Below are positions 13,460-25,394 of a stretch of 64,000 nt of DNA, one piece after another; positions within the stretch are counted from its first letter, which is position 1, and every line of letters starts with the position of its first letter. The notes beneath the pieces are model-generated. The model saw only the letters and a program-made list of their open reading frames with translations, had not been told where the DNA came from and ran no database searches. The position numbers and the translations under genes are program-made. Source of the stretch: Lama guanicoe (Eukaryota); assembly GCA_013239625.1 (NCBI GenBank), contig MU054323.1:17612029-17676028 (forward strand). Reading direction: 5' to 3'.

Positions 13460-13570
13460 TAACCTCCATGAGAGCAGGAATTTTTAAAAATCTCATTTGT
13501 TCATTGTATACCCAGTGTTTAGAACAGTGCCAGGCATGGAAAAGGTGCTCAATAAATGTTTATAAAATGT
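13460..13570 (+). mobile_element. L2 3' end fragment
   Basis: ctccatgagagcagg...agaacagtgccaggcatgg...gtgctcaataaatgttt. Confidence 0.75.
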
Positions 13571-15276
13571 GGGAGAATAAACTGTCATCATAAGACTCTT
13601 TCAAAAATAAAATGACTTAATATGGGAAAAAAAACTGAATGAATGAATGAATAAAACACTGAAATAGTCACTGAACTTAATTACATTTTCACTTTTACAC
13701 CTGATCATATTACCTCTTAAATGTTAAAAGAAAGCAAGCATGGCCAAAAGTTTAGCTAGTTTTCGTTAAAGCTTTTTGTAAAAAATTGACATGCAATATG
13801 TATTCTGCTTAAGTTAAAAATCAGTAATTTTTCTCTAAAATTATTAACTTTATAAGTATAAAATTAATGCATGATCACTATAAAAAATTTCAATCAATAG
13901 AGACAGGTTTCTTCCTTATCCAAACTAGTATTACTCAATAATAAACAATATCAACAGTTTGGCCTATAATCTACCACACACACATAAACATAAATGGAAT
14001 CTTATTACACATAAAATTCTGAAACTTGCCTTTTTCATTTACTATATCAATATATATAGTTTAATCATATCATCATATTTGAATAGTATTTCCTCTGTGT
14101 GCATCTATCAACTATGAAGGACATTTAAATAGTTTTCTCTTTTTTGCTATTAAATCACTTTAAAATATAGAAATAAGAGGTGGGAGGAACTATTCTAGAA
14201 ATTGAATTAAATTCTAACCATGAAATTGTGTGCTAGATAGTGAGCTCACATTTACACAAACTTTAACAGTTCTGTAAAAATGTGTAGTTCACAGTACTTG
14301 TATTTTACAATTGTGGCAGAGAGAAATTTATTTCACTTAGATTCTTTAAGGGACAAGGCTAAGTTTAAATATTGGAGGATAATCCTTATAGTAACTAATT
14401 TCTGTGGCTTGTAAGCCCACTCTCATCTAGTAAGATAGGCCTTGTTGAGATGTCTGTTCCCACAATATGGCAAACAAGACAACCTGAAAATCTTGAAAAT
14501 AACACCTAGAAATGATAGGAAAAATATTTTAAAGTAATCTTTTAAATGCCTCACTAAGCTCATAAACAGTAAGAGACTTTCCCAGAAACAAAAACAAAAA
14601 CAAAAAAAAGCAGGGGGGCAGAATGAAAAACAGAATGATAAATGTGTCAAATATTCTAGTTGCCTCTTAGGGGAAGGCCAATTCTGGTAAGATAGGGCTT
14701 CAGTTTTATCCCCTACATGGGCACAGAAGAAAAAGCTATATGTCTGTAGAGGAAGAGTTAAAACAAACACCCACATAAAACCAGAATCCTCAAAGGCCTA
14801 GATCCTCATTAAAATTGTAGACAAGCACCGGGAGATGACTAAGGAAGGATTTGTACGCCACAGCCTGGGATCTGGACAGGGGGAAGAAGTCTCCTCATAG
14901 AATTTGTCACCACAGGCCTCTTCTTCACTCAGGTTTAGGGTTCAAATATATATCAACAACAATGAGGTCACTGGGGTCCGAGGAAAAAAACCCAACAGTT
15001 AGAAGGACATACTCTCAAAAGCTATATGGAATTCCCACTGAAGATGATCTCAAAATTATGAAATAAATGAGAAAACAATTCACCATAAATAGAATGTAGA
15101 AAGTTATTAAAAAGAAGGAAAAATAGTCAACGAAAAATAGAGACCAAAAAATCTATTATGTTGAGACAATAAAATGCTCTAACGTTAGTTTTTCAAAGAA
15201 AAAGTAAATCAAAGGAGAGGAGAAGGAACTTACGAAAAAAAGTAAATTTAAAATCTGCCCCACTGCCCCCAATCCT

Positions 15277-16116
15277 TGTGGTTAAAATATGTCTGGGAAT
15301 TCTCTGATACATCCCCCTCCAGAGGCAGAACTTAATTCCCTTCCTGAGTGTGGCTAGACAGAAATGACTTGCTTCTAAAGAACAAATTGTGGTGGAAGTG
15401 ACAGAATGTAATCTCTGAGACTACTCCATAAAAGGTTTGTGGCTTTGTCCTTGCCCTCTGGGGTCATCTGCTCTGGAAGAGGCCAGGGGCCACACTGTGA
15501 AGACACTCAAGCTGCTCTATGTTGAGATGCACATGAAGAGAACTGAGACCTCTGGCCAACAGCTATCAAGGAAGTGAAACGTTCTGCCAAAACCATGTTA
15601 AGTGAATCACCTTGAAAGTAAATTCTTCAACCTTAGTCAAGCCTTCAGATGACTACAGCCCCAGCCAAGAGCTTGACTGCAACCTCATGACTGATCATGA
15701 GCTAGAATCACCTAGTTAGCAGACATTCGGTCCTATCCAAAATGTCCAAAAGACATCTGGTTCATAGGACATTTGGGCCTGCCCAAAACCTCTGTTAAGA
15801 CTTTTGGTTCACAACAGAAGGCCCTTGATATTTGTTCATATTTGGTCCATGCCAAAAAGTCCCTCATAGTTGGTCCTGTCCAAAACTATACGGCATGAAC
15901 CAAGTATGTTCATGGATGTTTTGGAAAGGACCAAATTTCAAGGACCTTGTGGCATGGACCAAATGTCTTATGGATGTTTTGGCCTGTCTTATAAGGGAAT
16001 CACCCAATTAAGCCATTTCTGAATTCTTGACCCTCAGTAACTGTGAGATAATAAATGTTTGCTTTAAGATGGCAAATTTTAAGAGCACTGTTAAACAGCA
16101 ATAGATAACTAATATA
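15277..16116 (+). mobile_element. MaLR MLT1 (F/E-like) LTR containing a nested foldback insert
   Basis: tgtggtt...gccttcagatgactacagccccagcc...ctgtgagataataaatgttt...agcaatagataactaata. Confidence 0.8.
15721..15996. repeat. Palindromic array of degenerate ~29-30-bp units (consensus approx. agacatttggtccatgccaaaacatccat), unclassified
   Basis: About 6 forward units then about 4 inverted units; perfect 15-bp inverted pair at 15840-15854/15950-15964; direct repeat atggatgttttgg at 15912-15924 and 15970-15982. Confidence 0.8.
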
Positions 16117-18487
16117 TTCCCCCTTTAAAGAAGATTTAAATTAAAATCATATGGAATAAGCGATGGAATTAAGGACAGTAAGATAAAATATAAAATTGGC
16201 TTAATGGTACTTTAGAAATAAGTGGAAATAATTTTTAAAAAGGAGGCTTTAATCAAAAACATTTTTGTATGACAGATCAAAATATGGTTTGTATACACTT
16301 GCAAAGAAACAGTCTACTTGTATAGCCATATAAGACATGTATCTCCATTTCTTCTTATGTTTCTCTCTTTCCTTCTCTCCTCTCTCTTTCACCATGTTGT
16401 CATTCTATGTAGAATGTATGTCACCATATATGTCATTGAACGTAGTAGTGTAATATCCTGGATTACCTTATTTGGTGAAAGAGAAGTTCTTATTTTCTAA
16501 CAACCATAATGCTTATGGGGTTTTTGTCTGCTTCTTTGCAGTCTACAGTAGACTGTAGCCAAAGAGGAGTATACATTGTTATGAGGAGGATATTTGGTAG
16601 AAACCTGAGTATAATCAAAGGACTGAATACACAGAAGGATAGGGCTTGGGATTTTGTATAAGCATGTAAATTCCCAGCATGCACATTTGAGAACATCCAA
16701 GGTATTAAAAAAATCATCATTTCTTCCAAGAGGCTGATCAGCATAAACAAATCAATATTAACAAATTCATATTCCTATGTTACTGTCATCAGAGGGTTGA
16801 AACGGAGTAACAATTTTATATTTATATATACACACACACACACATATATACATATATTTGATGGAATTACTAAATAATCTAAGACTAAAAACTAAGTATG
16901 CTTAAAAAAACTACAGACATAAAAGAAGGAATGAAAAATTACAAGAAAAGAGTAAAACAAATAAAAAATGGAGGGAGATCTGAAACAGAAGCAAACAATT
17001 TCTAGAAATGGAAAATATGGTCACCAAGAATTAAAACCTAATGGATATATGAATCACAGCGATACAGTGAACTGGAAGATGGTTCTGAGTATCTTCAGTG
17101 CTCTGAGGGATTAAAAAGTGGAAAATATGAACCTGACTTTAAGAGACATGGAGAAGATCTAAGGTACATCTAACTGAAATTCTAGAAGGAAAAGTCAGAG
17201 AAATTGAAGGAGTAAATATTTTAAGAGATAAATAATTGATAATTAGACCTGATGAAAGAACTAATTCTTGGCGGTAAGCACTTTAAGTCTTAAGCAGGAA
17301 AAGTAAAATTACACCTACATTTTGATACTAGAAACACCAGAAATGAAGAGAAAAATCTTACAAGCAATTAGAAAAGAAAAGATAACATGCAACAGATCAA
17401 TGGTTAGACTGACAGGAGGTACTGACAACTGCAGCAGCTTAGAAGACAATGGTCTAATGCTGACAGAAAATACCTGTCAACACAGAAAATGGTCTAGGCC
17501 CCTTAAACCACTTAAACTGTCATTTAAGAATAAGAGTCAAAGACAGAGTTTTACTGCTAGGAGACCTAGCTGAAAGAACTGCAGAAAGAAGGTAATTAAA
17601 TCAGTTAAGTGTGGAAACAATAGTAGAGAGAAATTAGTCCAAATGAAGACAAAAAAAGAGGGGAAACAGCTTTTTGCATGTATGTATGTATTTTGGTGAA
17701 GGAAAACGCAGCATTTATTGTAAAGCCACCGTATATTGGTGAATATACAGAGGACGATGGCTCAAGCTCTAAAACCCCCAACTCTGCTTTCTGAATTTAT
17801 AACAAGCTTCCAGAAATACTATCTATGTTCTGCAATGCAAAATGATGCCAAATGTTTCTCAATTTTCACTAAACTTCTGAAATTAAAATGTCATTAATGA
17901 AAAAATTTTCTTAAATATAAAGAATAGCCACACTTAATAAAAAATATTCTCAAAAAAGATATAGCTTTTGATAAAGCAGAATGTTCTCATGTTCTATCAT
18001 CTGGCTTTCAAGGCTCTGTATCTGACCCCATTCCCCAAATATGTACTCCAGACAGACCAGTGAGAGTGATCTCTCAGATGCTACACCTTCATGTCACTGT
18101 ACTGCTACTTCATCTCCTAAAATGCACTTCTTCTTCTTCTTGGTCCCCAAAGGTTACCTAACTTTTAAAGACCAATATAAAGCCCACTTTCTTCATTAAG
18201 CCTTCTAAAACAATTCCAGAAAATCTACCATTTCCTGTATCCTATTACAACTGAATTAACTATATATAGTAATGTCTTCTTTAGTCTTAGCAAATAATTC
18301 AACTGCATATAATTTTCTTATAAAGCAAATGCTCCTTTCATCTGCATATATCTTAAATTTCTTTATGTATCCAAATAGCAATGATAAAACATACTTTCCT
18401 CAAAACAACATTAATGTTTTAATATAGTAAATGACTATATTTTAAGAAATTCTACTTAATCTTTTTAACATATAACTTTGGTCTTAC

Positions 18488-18552
18488 CGTGATAAATATC
18501 CTGTAAAGACCCACCGCCACAAAATTCCATGCATATCCAAAGTTTATCTCGC
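18488..18552 (-). CDS. MAP4K3: MAP4K3 exon 4 ([23 protein letters not shown]; hinge)
   Basis: ttttatag|GCGAGAT...TATCACG|gtaaga, 65 nt. Confidence 0.96.
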
Positions 18553-19408
18553 CTATAAAAAGAAAACAAGCATGCATCACATTTTCATGATTAAAATTAT
18601 TTGAAGTAACAAGTGTTTTAAGGTTGTATGCCATACCTTAAAAAAACACATAAATGCAATGTGCTAAGAGAAAAGCTAATTTCTGCAAGTAAACAAATTA
18701 CTTAATATAATGTGTTACTATAACTCAACCCAAGGTTTTAATCCTTAAAATACATCATTTATAGGAAATAAAGATGTCATCAGGCACATTCAATTAGAGA
18801 AAATGTCCGTTTAGTTAAAAACTACCCCTCCCTCACAGTTTACCCATTTACCCTATGTCTGTATCATACAAATTTAATGTTAAAAGGTTCACACCAAAAA
18901 ATGATGTAGATGATTCATCACAGCAATACATCACAAATATATCACTTTGATAGTGCTCTCATCGACAAAACAGACAAAATGTAAACTTTACCCTCATATC
19001 TAAACTCAACAAAGACCTTTCCAAAATAACCTGTTAAAATTTACCACTCACTTGTCCTTAGTAGCACTTCTCTCTCACACTCACATAATAAGATAGCATA
19101 ATTATACAGTCACAGGAGAAATAGTTAGCAAAGATTTAATAGCTTATTCCTTTGTTGAATCATTACTTCATCTCAAAATGTACCAGGAAATGTACTATAC
19201 TTGCGGGGGGGAGGGAGGAGGCAAGATAGAATAGAAAGTCTCTGAACTCAGCAAGCTCTGTCTAATCAGAAGAAAGATTCTGCCTTAGTAATATGACTGT
19301 CTCTTTCACCACTAGTGACTCACAGTGCCTAAAAGGATATCTAGCAAATTAAATTTGTCCCATAAATGAGTAAATGCATGATTGAAAGAATAAATAAATT
19401 AATTACAT

Positions 19409-19472
19409 CAAGGATCAGCAAACTATGGCCAGTGGGTCCTTGATTTTGTACAGCCCAAGAACTATGAACAGT

Positions 19473-19513
<41 letters not shown>

Positions 19514-19881
19514 TTGGAGGGGAGTTAATTAGGTTTACTTACTTATTTATTTTTTGGAGGAGGTACTGGGGATTAAGCATGTGCTCTACTACTTGAGCTA
19601 TATCCTCCCGCTGCCGTTTTTATATTTTTAAATGATGGGGGGGGTGTCAAAAGAAGAATAATATTTCTTGACACAGAACAATTACATGAAATTCAAATTT
19701 TAGTGTACATATAAAGTTTTATTGGAACACAGTATCACTTATTAATTTAAGTGCTATCTATAGTTATTATTGTACTAAAACAGCAGAGGTGAGTAGTTTT
19801 GACAGAGACAAACACACAATGCTCACAAAGCCTGAAATATTTCCTATATGGTCCTTTACAGAAAAGGTATGCTGACCCCTG
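19409..19881 (+). mobile_element. hAT-Charlie MER58B-like element, with nested SINE and (TG)n
   Basis: caaggatcagcaaactatggcc...aaagttttattggaacacag...cctttacagaaaaggtatgctgacccctg. Confidence 0.8.
19476..19609 (-). mobile_element. Vic-1-type SINE with internal deletion and a (CA)n tail ((TG)n at 19476-19510 on +)
   Basis: Reverse complement gggaggatatagctcaagtagtagagcacatgcttaatccccagtacctcc... aligns with the 9131 copy. Confidence 0.8.
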
Positions 19882-21412
19882 GACTGGATTATGGTTTGAT
19901 TAGTGCATAATCCAGGCATGTATAAAGTTCTATGAAAACCCAGAAGTAAAAAACTAGGAAAGTCAAGGGAAAGTTTAAGGGAGGAAAAAACATTTGAGTT
20001 GGTTTTTGAGGTTAAAGTAGGAATTCACCAAGAGACAGGGAAAGGGACTGTGCAGAAGAATGAGTATTTGAAAGAAGATGCCACATTTGAGAGACTGTGG
20101 GTGATTTAGTGTGAGTTGAACACAACACAGGTTACCTGAAGAGACAATGGAAGGAAATGATGCCAGAAAAGGCTGAGCTCACACTGTAGAACAATGGTGG
20201 TTTGTAGACTCCTCAGTTTAGTAACCTTTATCTGGATAGTCTCTAGTTTGTCAATGTCTCTTAAAATGTGGCACCCAGAATCAAGCACTAGTCTGAGTAC
20301 TGCATGAACAATGCATTAAAAAGTGGAGCTGTTATCAGCAGTGAACTACATATGGCAGTGGTGGTGAGATTAACTAGACCTGAGAGGTGGGCTGACTTGG
20401 TTGGATGCGATGGACCATGCAGCATGTAACAAGGCAACACAAGCTCTCAGAGTGTGAAGGCCAGTGAACCTTAGAGTACAGAGTTAAAAAAAAGTAACAA
20501 AAGCTAAAGATAGTGAGGCCCAGAAAAAGAAATCAGGACCTAAAGTTCACAGGTGGTCCACATCCCAATGAAACTGAGACATGACAGCTGATGGTAAAGT
20601 ATGAGCTAGTTGCCCAGTGTCCTGTTTGAATAACTCTAGAATGGATGTCTAGGGCTGGCAGATGTGTGGCCTCATCCAAAATGACAGAGGCACTTATAAA
20701 TGGTGACTGCTTGACAGGGAGAAATCTAGATCCTCTGGAGAATCTAACAATTATCTCTTTATTTGAACATTTTTTTTATTAACTTGGCTAAAGGCTATCT
20801 TCAGTGTCTTAGCAACTGCATTCAACAGCTGGTTTGCAGTGTGAAGTTACCTAAATCCTCTGGACTCTTTTTATATAAAAGTGGTCAGATGAGTTTCCTT
20901 TCCAGTTCCGTATCTGTATATATGGTTCACTGAAACTATGCAGAAGACTCTGTCTTTGTTAAATTTCATTCTTAAAAAAAAGTTTTGACTCACATCCCTT
21001 TGTTTCTGATATGTACCTTTTTAGCTCTTCAACTGTTTTACTTCAGCATAGGCAGTGTGACACATTTTTCTAACTGGAAACACACCCCTCCCAACACACA
21101 CATGCTCCAGAAGTGGTTGGTTGAAAAGACCCTAATCAGGAGTCTACCCTTCAGAGGCAGTTACTACAGGGCTTTGCTCATAAACTATTTTGACTTGCAC
21201 TACTGAGTTTATTAATGAGCTTAAGGAATGTTAGAAATATTTTTTTCACTAGTGACATGAATGGCATTCTGACAATGTAGATTGCTCAGAATTACCTGAG
21301 TCTTTGCTTAAACTGAGACGTGACTCTGGCAAGTCCATCAACCAATCAATTTGATATGTGTAATGAAGGATTCCATTGCCTGACCTCTCTAGACTGAATC
21401 CTTTATCTAGAA

Positions 21413-21740
21413 CAGTGGTCCTCAAAGTGTGATCTGGGGGCTTCTGAGATCCTTTGAGGGGATCAGCAAGGTCATAACACTAAAAAATTATTTGCCCTTT
21501 GCACTCTCTCTCTTGAGGATACAGTGTAGTTTTCCAGAGGTGACAGGAAGTGTTATGATGATGTCATCCTTCTGGTAGCTACTGGAAAATGTATTGTTTC
21601 AAATTTTTGTTTTAATTTCTAGTTACAGTAAATACCAATAAATATAACCCACATAAACAAAAGCTCTTTGGGGTACTCAATAACTTTTAAGAGTATAAAA
21701 TAAAAGGGGTTCTAGGACCAAAATGTTTGGGAACTACCCC
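21413..21740. mobile_element. hAT-Charlie non-autonomous element (Charlie1-like)
   Basis: cagtggtcctcaaagtgtg...ataacccacataaacaaaagctctttgggg...aaaatgtttgggaactac. Confidence 0.7.
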
Positions 21741-22123
21741 TCTAAAATATTTTCACATCTGCCACACATGAATCTCTCATGTAAAATACCTGCCCTGAGT
21801 GCTTAAGGAACAGGCAGCGGAGACTCCTCACGTCTTACAAAAAGTGGTTCCCAAAAAGTTTTTGGGTCAGCCTAGGATAAACTGAAATAACAAGGAAACT
21901 GCTTAGTAAAGGATCTACAATATAAGCTCAATAAACGTAAGCTGTTTTCTACTTTTTTTGTTTTATCTTGTCGTGTATTTATGTGAAGCACCTTAAACTG
22001 CTCCTGGAACTCAGTGAACGTGTAAATAAGTAAAATTGACTTTTTCTTTTTTAAGAAAAAAAGTAGAAGACAGATATGATTGATTTGACACAACTTCTTA
22101 CTAAAGTTATGCTAATCACTTCC

Positions 22124-22245
22124 TTTTTTTTTACATTTTTTATTGATTCATAATCATTTTACAGTGTTGTGTCAAATTCCAGTGTTCAGCACAATTTTTC
22201 AGTCATTCATGGACATATACACACTCATTGTCACATTTTTTTCTC
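22124..22245 (-). mobile_element. Severely 5'-truncated young L1 3' end (~120 bp) with perfect TSD
   Basis: Near-identical to the L1 end at ~39270-39380; TSD aatcacttcc(ttttt) at 22114 and 22246. Confidence 0.9.
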
Positions 22246-24021
22246 AATCACTTCCTTTTTATAAGCGCTAGTTATCTGACTAATAATTTATCCTAGATGT
22301 TTACTGGGGACCGATGACTGACATCAAGTTTAAAGGTCTGTATTTTCTAGAACTCACCTTTTCCTTTCCTTTGCGAACTGATCAACGCTGATCCCTAATC
22401 TTCTGACACATCGCCTGTTTATCAAAAGACACTCACTGATAGAGGATAATGCTCATTTCTGCTAAATTTCCGTATAATAATGAAATATAATTTATGTAAG
22501 TCTAAAAACTTAGATTCATTTAAAATGTCTAGCTGTTCTATAATTATTTACTCACCTATCTGCACTTCAATTCTTTCTTAATAATGCTTTCCCTACGCTT
22601 CCAGTTTGAAAACAATTCTCCTTCGTAAAGAAAATGGATGCAGGAAATTAGTTCTCTGCTTTCTTACGTACTATCCTCTACTTGAAGCTGGTCTACCCAT
22701 CTTTCCCACCTTGCTTAAAAACACAATTTTCTACTCACTCTATGTAAAATGACTTTCCAATTTACAGAATGAGAAATAAAAAAATCATAATTACATATTT
22801 AATACTTTATTGTTAAGATGCCTAAAATACTTTACCTTTATAACATTCTATTTAGTTAAGTCTAGTATTGTCAAGAAAGCATGAATATTCAGAGTCTATT
22901 AGAAAAATGACCTCTATCTGTTCCGTGAATGTGTCTCTTGCTATGGTAAATCTGCATTTGCTTTTGGTCATTTACCAAGCCATCTGCCTAATAGGAAAGG
23001 GCTTGAATCAAACCAGCCCATTTTATGCAGGCCAATGAATTATAAAATCTTTGTTTCTGAGTTTTTTAATTGAAATAAAATTAATCACTGAGGTAAATAT
23101 TCAGTGTACACTATTAATTCCCTGACTTAACAAATTCTTGGAATAATTTTTTCTTATTCTTAGAAATTATCTGTCTGACAAGGAATAGAAAAATAACGAA
23201 AGGGGAAAAAGTTCACTATTTTCATCTTCTAGTTCAATGTTTACTAGAGCTATAGGAACAAACATTCTAGTAATTATTTCATTAAATTAAAAATCTTATC
23301 ATTTCTAAAACATACTTTTTTAATCTTCCTACACTGACTGAAGTATAATTATTTGTATATTTTGCCCAAATATAATATTATTTAAAAAGTAAAATAAAAT
23401 GGGAGCATGATCACCAAGAATAAACAGCTCTAGAATGTCTGCTAGAAACTAGCATACCACGTCATTTCCCCGGGACAGGATGCCAACCCATGGCCCACAC
23501 TGCAGTCCCCTGATCCCTGTACTTTACTGATGGTTATCCTGCTGACCACAGCACTTGCCAATGGCTACTCCACCATATTCAGCAAAATAATTAAACTTGA
23601 ACCTCAACTGTCAAAGTGAAAATTTAAAGGTTCGATAACTGCTAGACGTTTTAATTTAGAATAACTTAATGTTAGGTAAACATAAAATGTTTTGGGTTCA
23701 TTTTTAAACAGATATGCAAAAACTACTACACTTCAAAGACTTACATGTAACCCAATGATCTGCTTCCCCTTTAACAATGAGAGGTAGCTCTGAGTTTAGG
23801 GGATACAAGGTGACCTATTTCTCTATAATTATACCTAAAACCCCCTAATTCAGCATATTTTCCCAAGGCTGGGTCACTGGACAACAGTCCTATACGAAGT
23901 TTACTTCCAAAAAGAAATCACTGCACAGTTAAATCAGTTTTAGAAATGTCATATACTATATATAGTCTCTTGGAAACTAACGATGCCACTGGTATGTTAA
24001 GGGCTCTGAGAAATCCTGCCA

Positions 24022-24215
24022 TGGGGGAGGGATAGAGACAGAATAGAAGAAGAAAGGGAAGGAGGAGGTGTTGGAGAAAGACGAAAATGTAGGGAAAGGA
24101 GGAGGAAGAGAAGAGGGGTAGAAGGAAGGTGGAGAAAGTCCAGAAGGGGAGAGTGGGAGGGAAAAGAGATAAAGTAGCAGAGGGGAGAGGGAGGATCAAG
24201 AAGAGAGAGAAGAAA
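24022..24215 (+). repeat. Purine-rich low-complexity tract
   Basis: Almost pure G/A (ggaggaggaagagaagaggggtagaaggaagg...). Confidence 0.8.
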
Positions 24216-24385
24216 CAGGATTTCTCTAATTTTGTTTGGTTCACTACTTCCCCAAATTATTTTTTCCATAAACTCATTTTTTTCAAATCACATATTAGCA
24301 TCCCTCAGAGCCAATGTTCTATAGAAAACACTGGCATAAAGAGGAATTTCATAAGGTAGTTGCACCGATTTTTTCATTTTAAAGC

Positions 24386-24527
24386 AGTGGTTCTCACTTG
24401 GGGGTGACTGTGCCCCTCAATAAACATTTGGCAATGTCTGGAGACATTGCTGGTTGTCACAACTGGGGAGCCGTTACTGGCATCTAGTAGAGGCCAGGGA
24501 CAGTGCTAACCACCCTACAAGGCATTT
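24386..24527 (+). mobile_element. MER20 (hAT-Charlie) 5' part
   Basis: cagtggttctcacttgggggtga...catttggcaatgtctggagacatt...ctggcatctagtagaggccaggga. Confidence 0.85.
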
Positions 24528-24535
24528 GAAGTAAC

Positions 24536-24600
24536 TGCTATTACAACAACAACAACAACAACAACTATTACTACTATTACTACTACTACAACTACTACTG
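24536..24600 (+). repeat. Compound (CAA)n/(CTA)n trinucleotide repeat
   Basis: Directly visible. Confidence 0.9.
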
Positions 24601-24684
24601 CACTTGAAGGAAGCAAATGTGGTTTGTATCAGTGTAAACAGAAAACTAAAAACAAAGGGGAATGTTAGTGTAAATTGGTGAAAT

Positions 24685-24855
24685 CCCAATGGAGTATCTC
24701 GGTTTAGCTAACAGTATTGTACCAAGGTTAACTTCCTAGTTTTGACAAATGTCCCATGGTTATGTAAGATGTTAATACTAGGGAAAGTTGGGAGAACTCT
24801 CTGCACTATCTTTGCAACTTTTATGTAAATCTAACACACTCTAAAATTAAGTTTG
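24685..24855 (+). mobile_element. L1MC/ME 3' end fragment
   Basis: aacttcctagttttgacaaatg...gaactctctgcactatctttgcaactttt. Confidence 0.7.
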
Positions 24856-25358
24856 TTTGTTTTTTTTTTAAAGAGGGTAGCTAGGTATAAATTAAACTGA
24901 CTTAACTGTAATTTTAATTTTCATAGGGTGAGCATTCAAAAAGGCATTTCCAGTTAGGATCCTTTGGTTTTCCTGGCAAGTCCTGTCTCTGGATTGAGAA
25001 AAAAAAATTCCCCCACTTTTTACATAACTCAAGAGACTACCACCTCTTTCTTGGACTACTGTAGTAAGTGTACTGTAATAGACTTAACTGACTTCCTGTC
25101 TCAATCTCCTATAACCCAAGTCCATCTTTCATAGAATACACTACCTCTATGTTAAAACTTTTCAACAAGTATACTCGGTACATACAGGTCCTAAATAAGG
25201 AACAAAAGGTTCCTTTTTTGCCTACATCTCCACAGCCTTATACACTGAAACTACACCCTTTCCCCTTAAGGTCTAATACGAGATTATTAGCTGTCTCCTG
25301 GACACTTCATGGTTTTTTCATGCATGTATTTCCTTTGTCAAAAACTAAGATTTTATAA

Positions 25359-25360
<2 letters not shown>

Positions 25361-25393
<33 letters not shown>
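25361..25393 (+). repeat. (CA)n microsatellite within an L2 remnant (~25000-25700)
   Basis: Directly visible. Confidence 0.9.

Positions 25394-25394
<1 letters not shown>

Larger units (their letters stand above)
14420..17650 (+). mobile_element. Ancient L1M 5'/ORF1 remnant, interrupted by the MLT1 LTR and other sequence
   Basis: Decayed L1 5' region at 14.4-15.2 kb and ORF1-like A-rich sequence at 16.9-17.6 kb (agagaaaaatcttacaagcaattagaaaagaaaagataacatgc). Confidence 0.5.
20230..22640 (-). mobile_element. Scattered L3/CR1 LINE remnants, interrupted by younger elements
   Basis: CR1-like motifs tcttaaaatgtggcacccagaa, ttgttaaatttcattc, gatttgacacaacttcttactaaag, gacatcaagtttaaaggtctgtattttc. 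Confidence 0.5.

Noticed and set aside
15721..15996. CRISPR-like array
   Set aside because: Units are degenerate, abut without unique spacers and change orientation; the context is a mammalian intron with no cas genes.
23918..24359. Overlapping hydrophobic or charged ORFs
   Set aside because: Artefacts of the purine-rich low-complexity tract.
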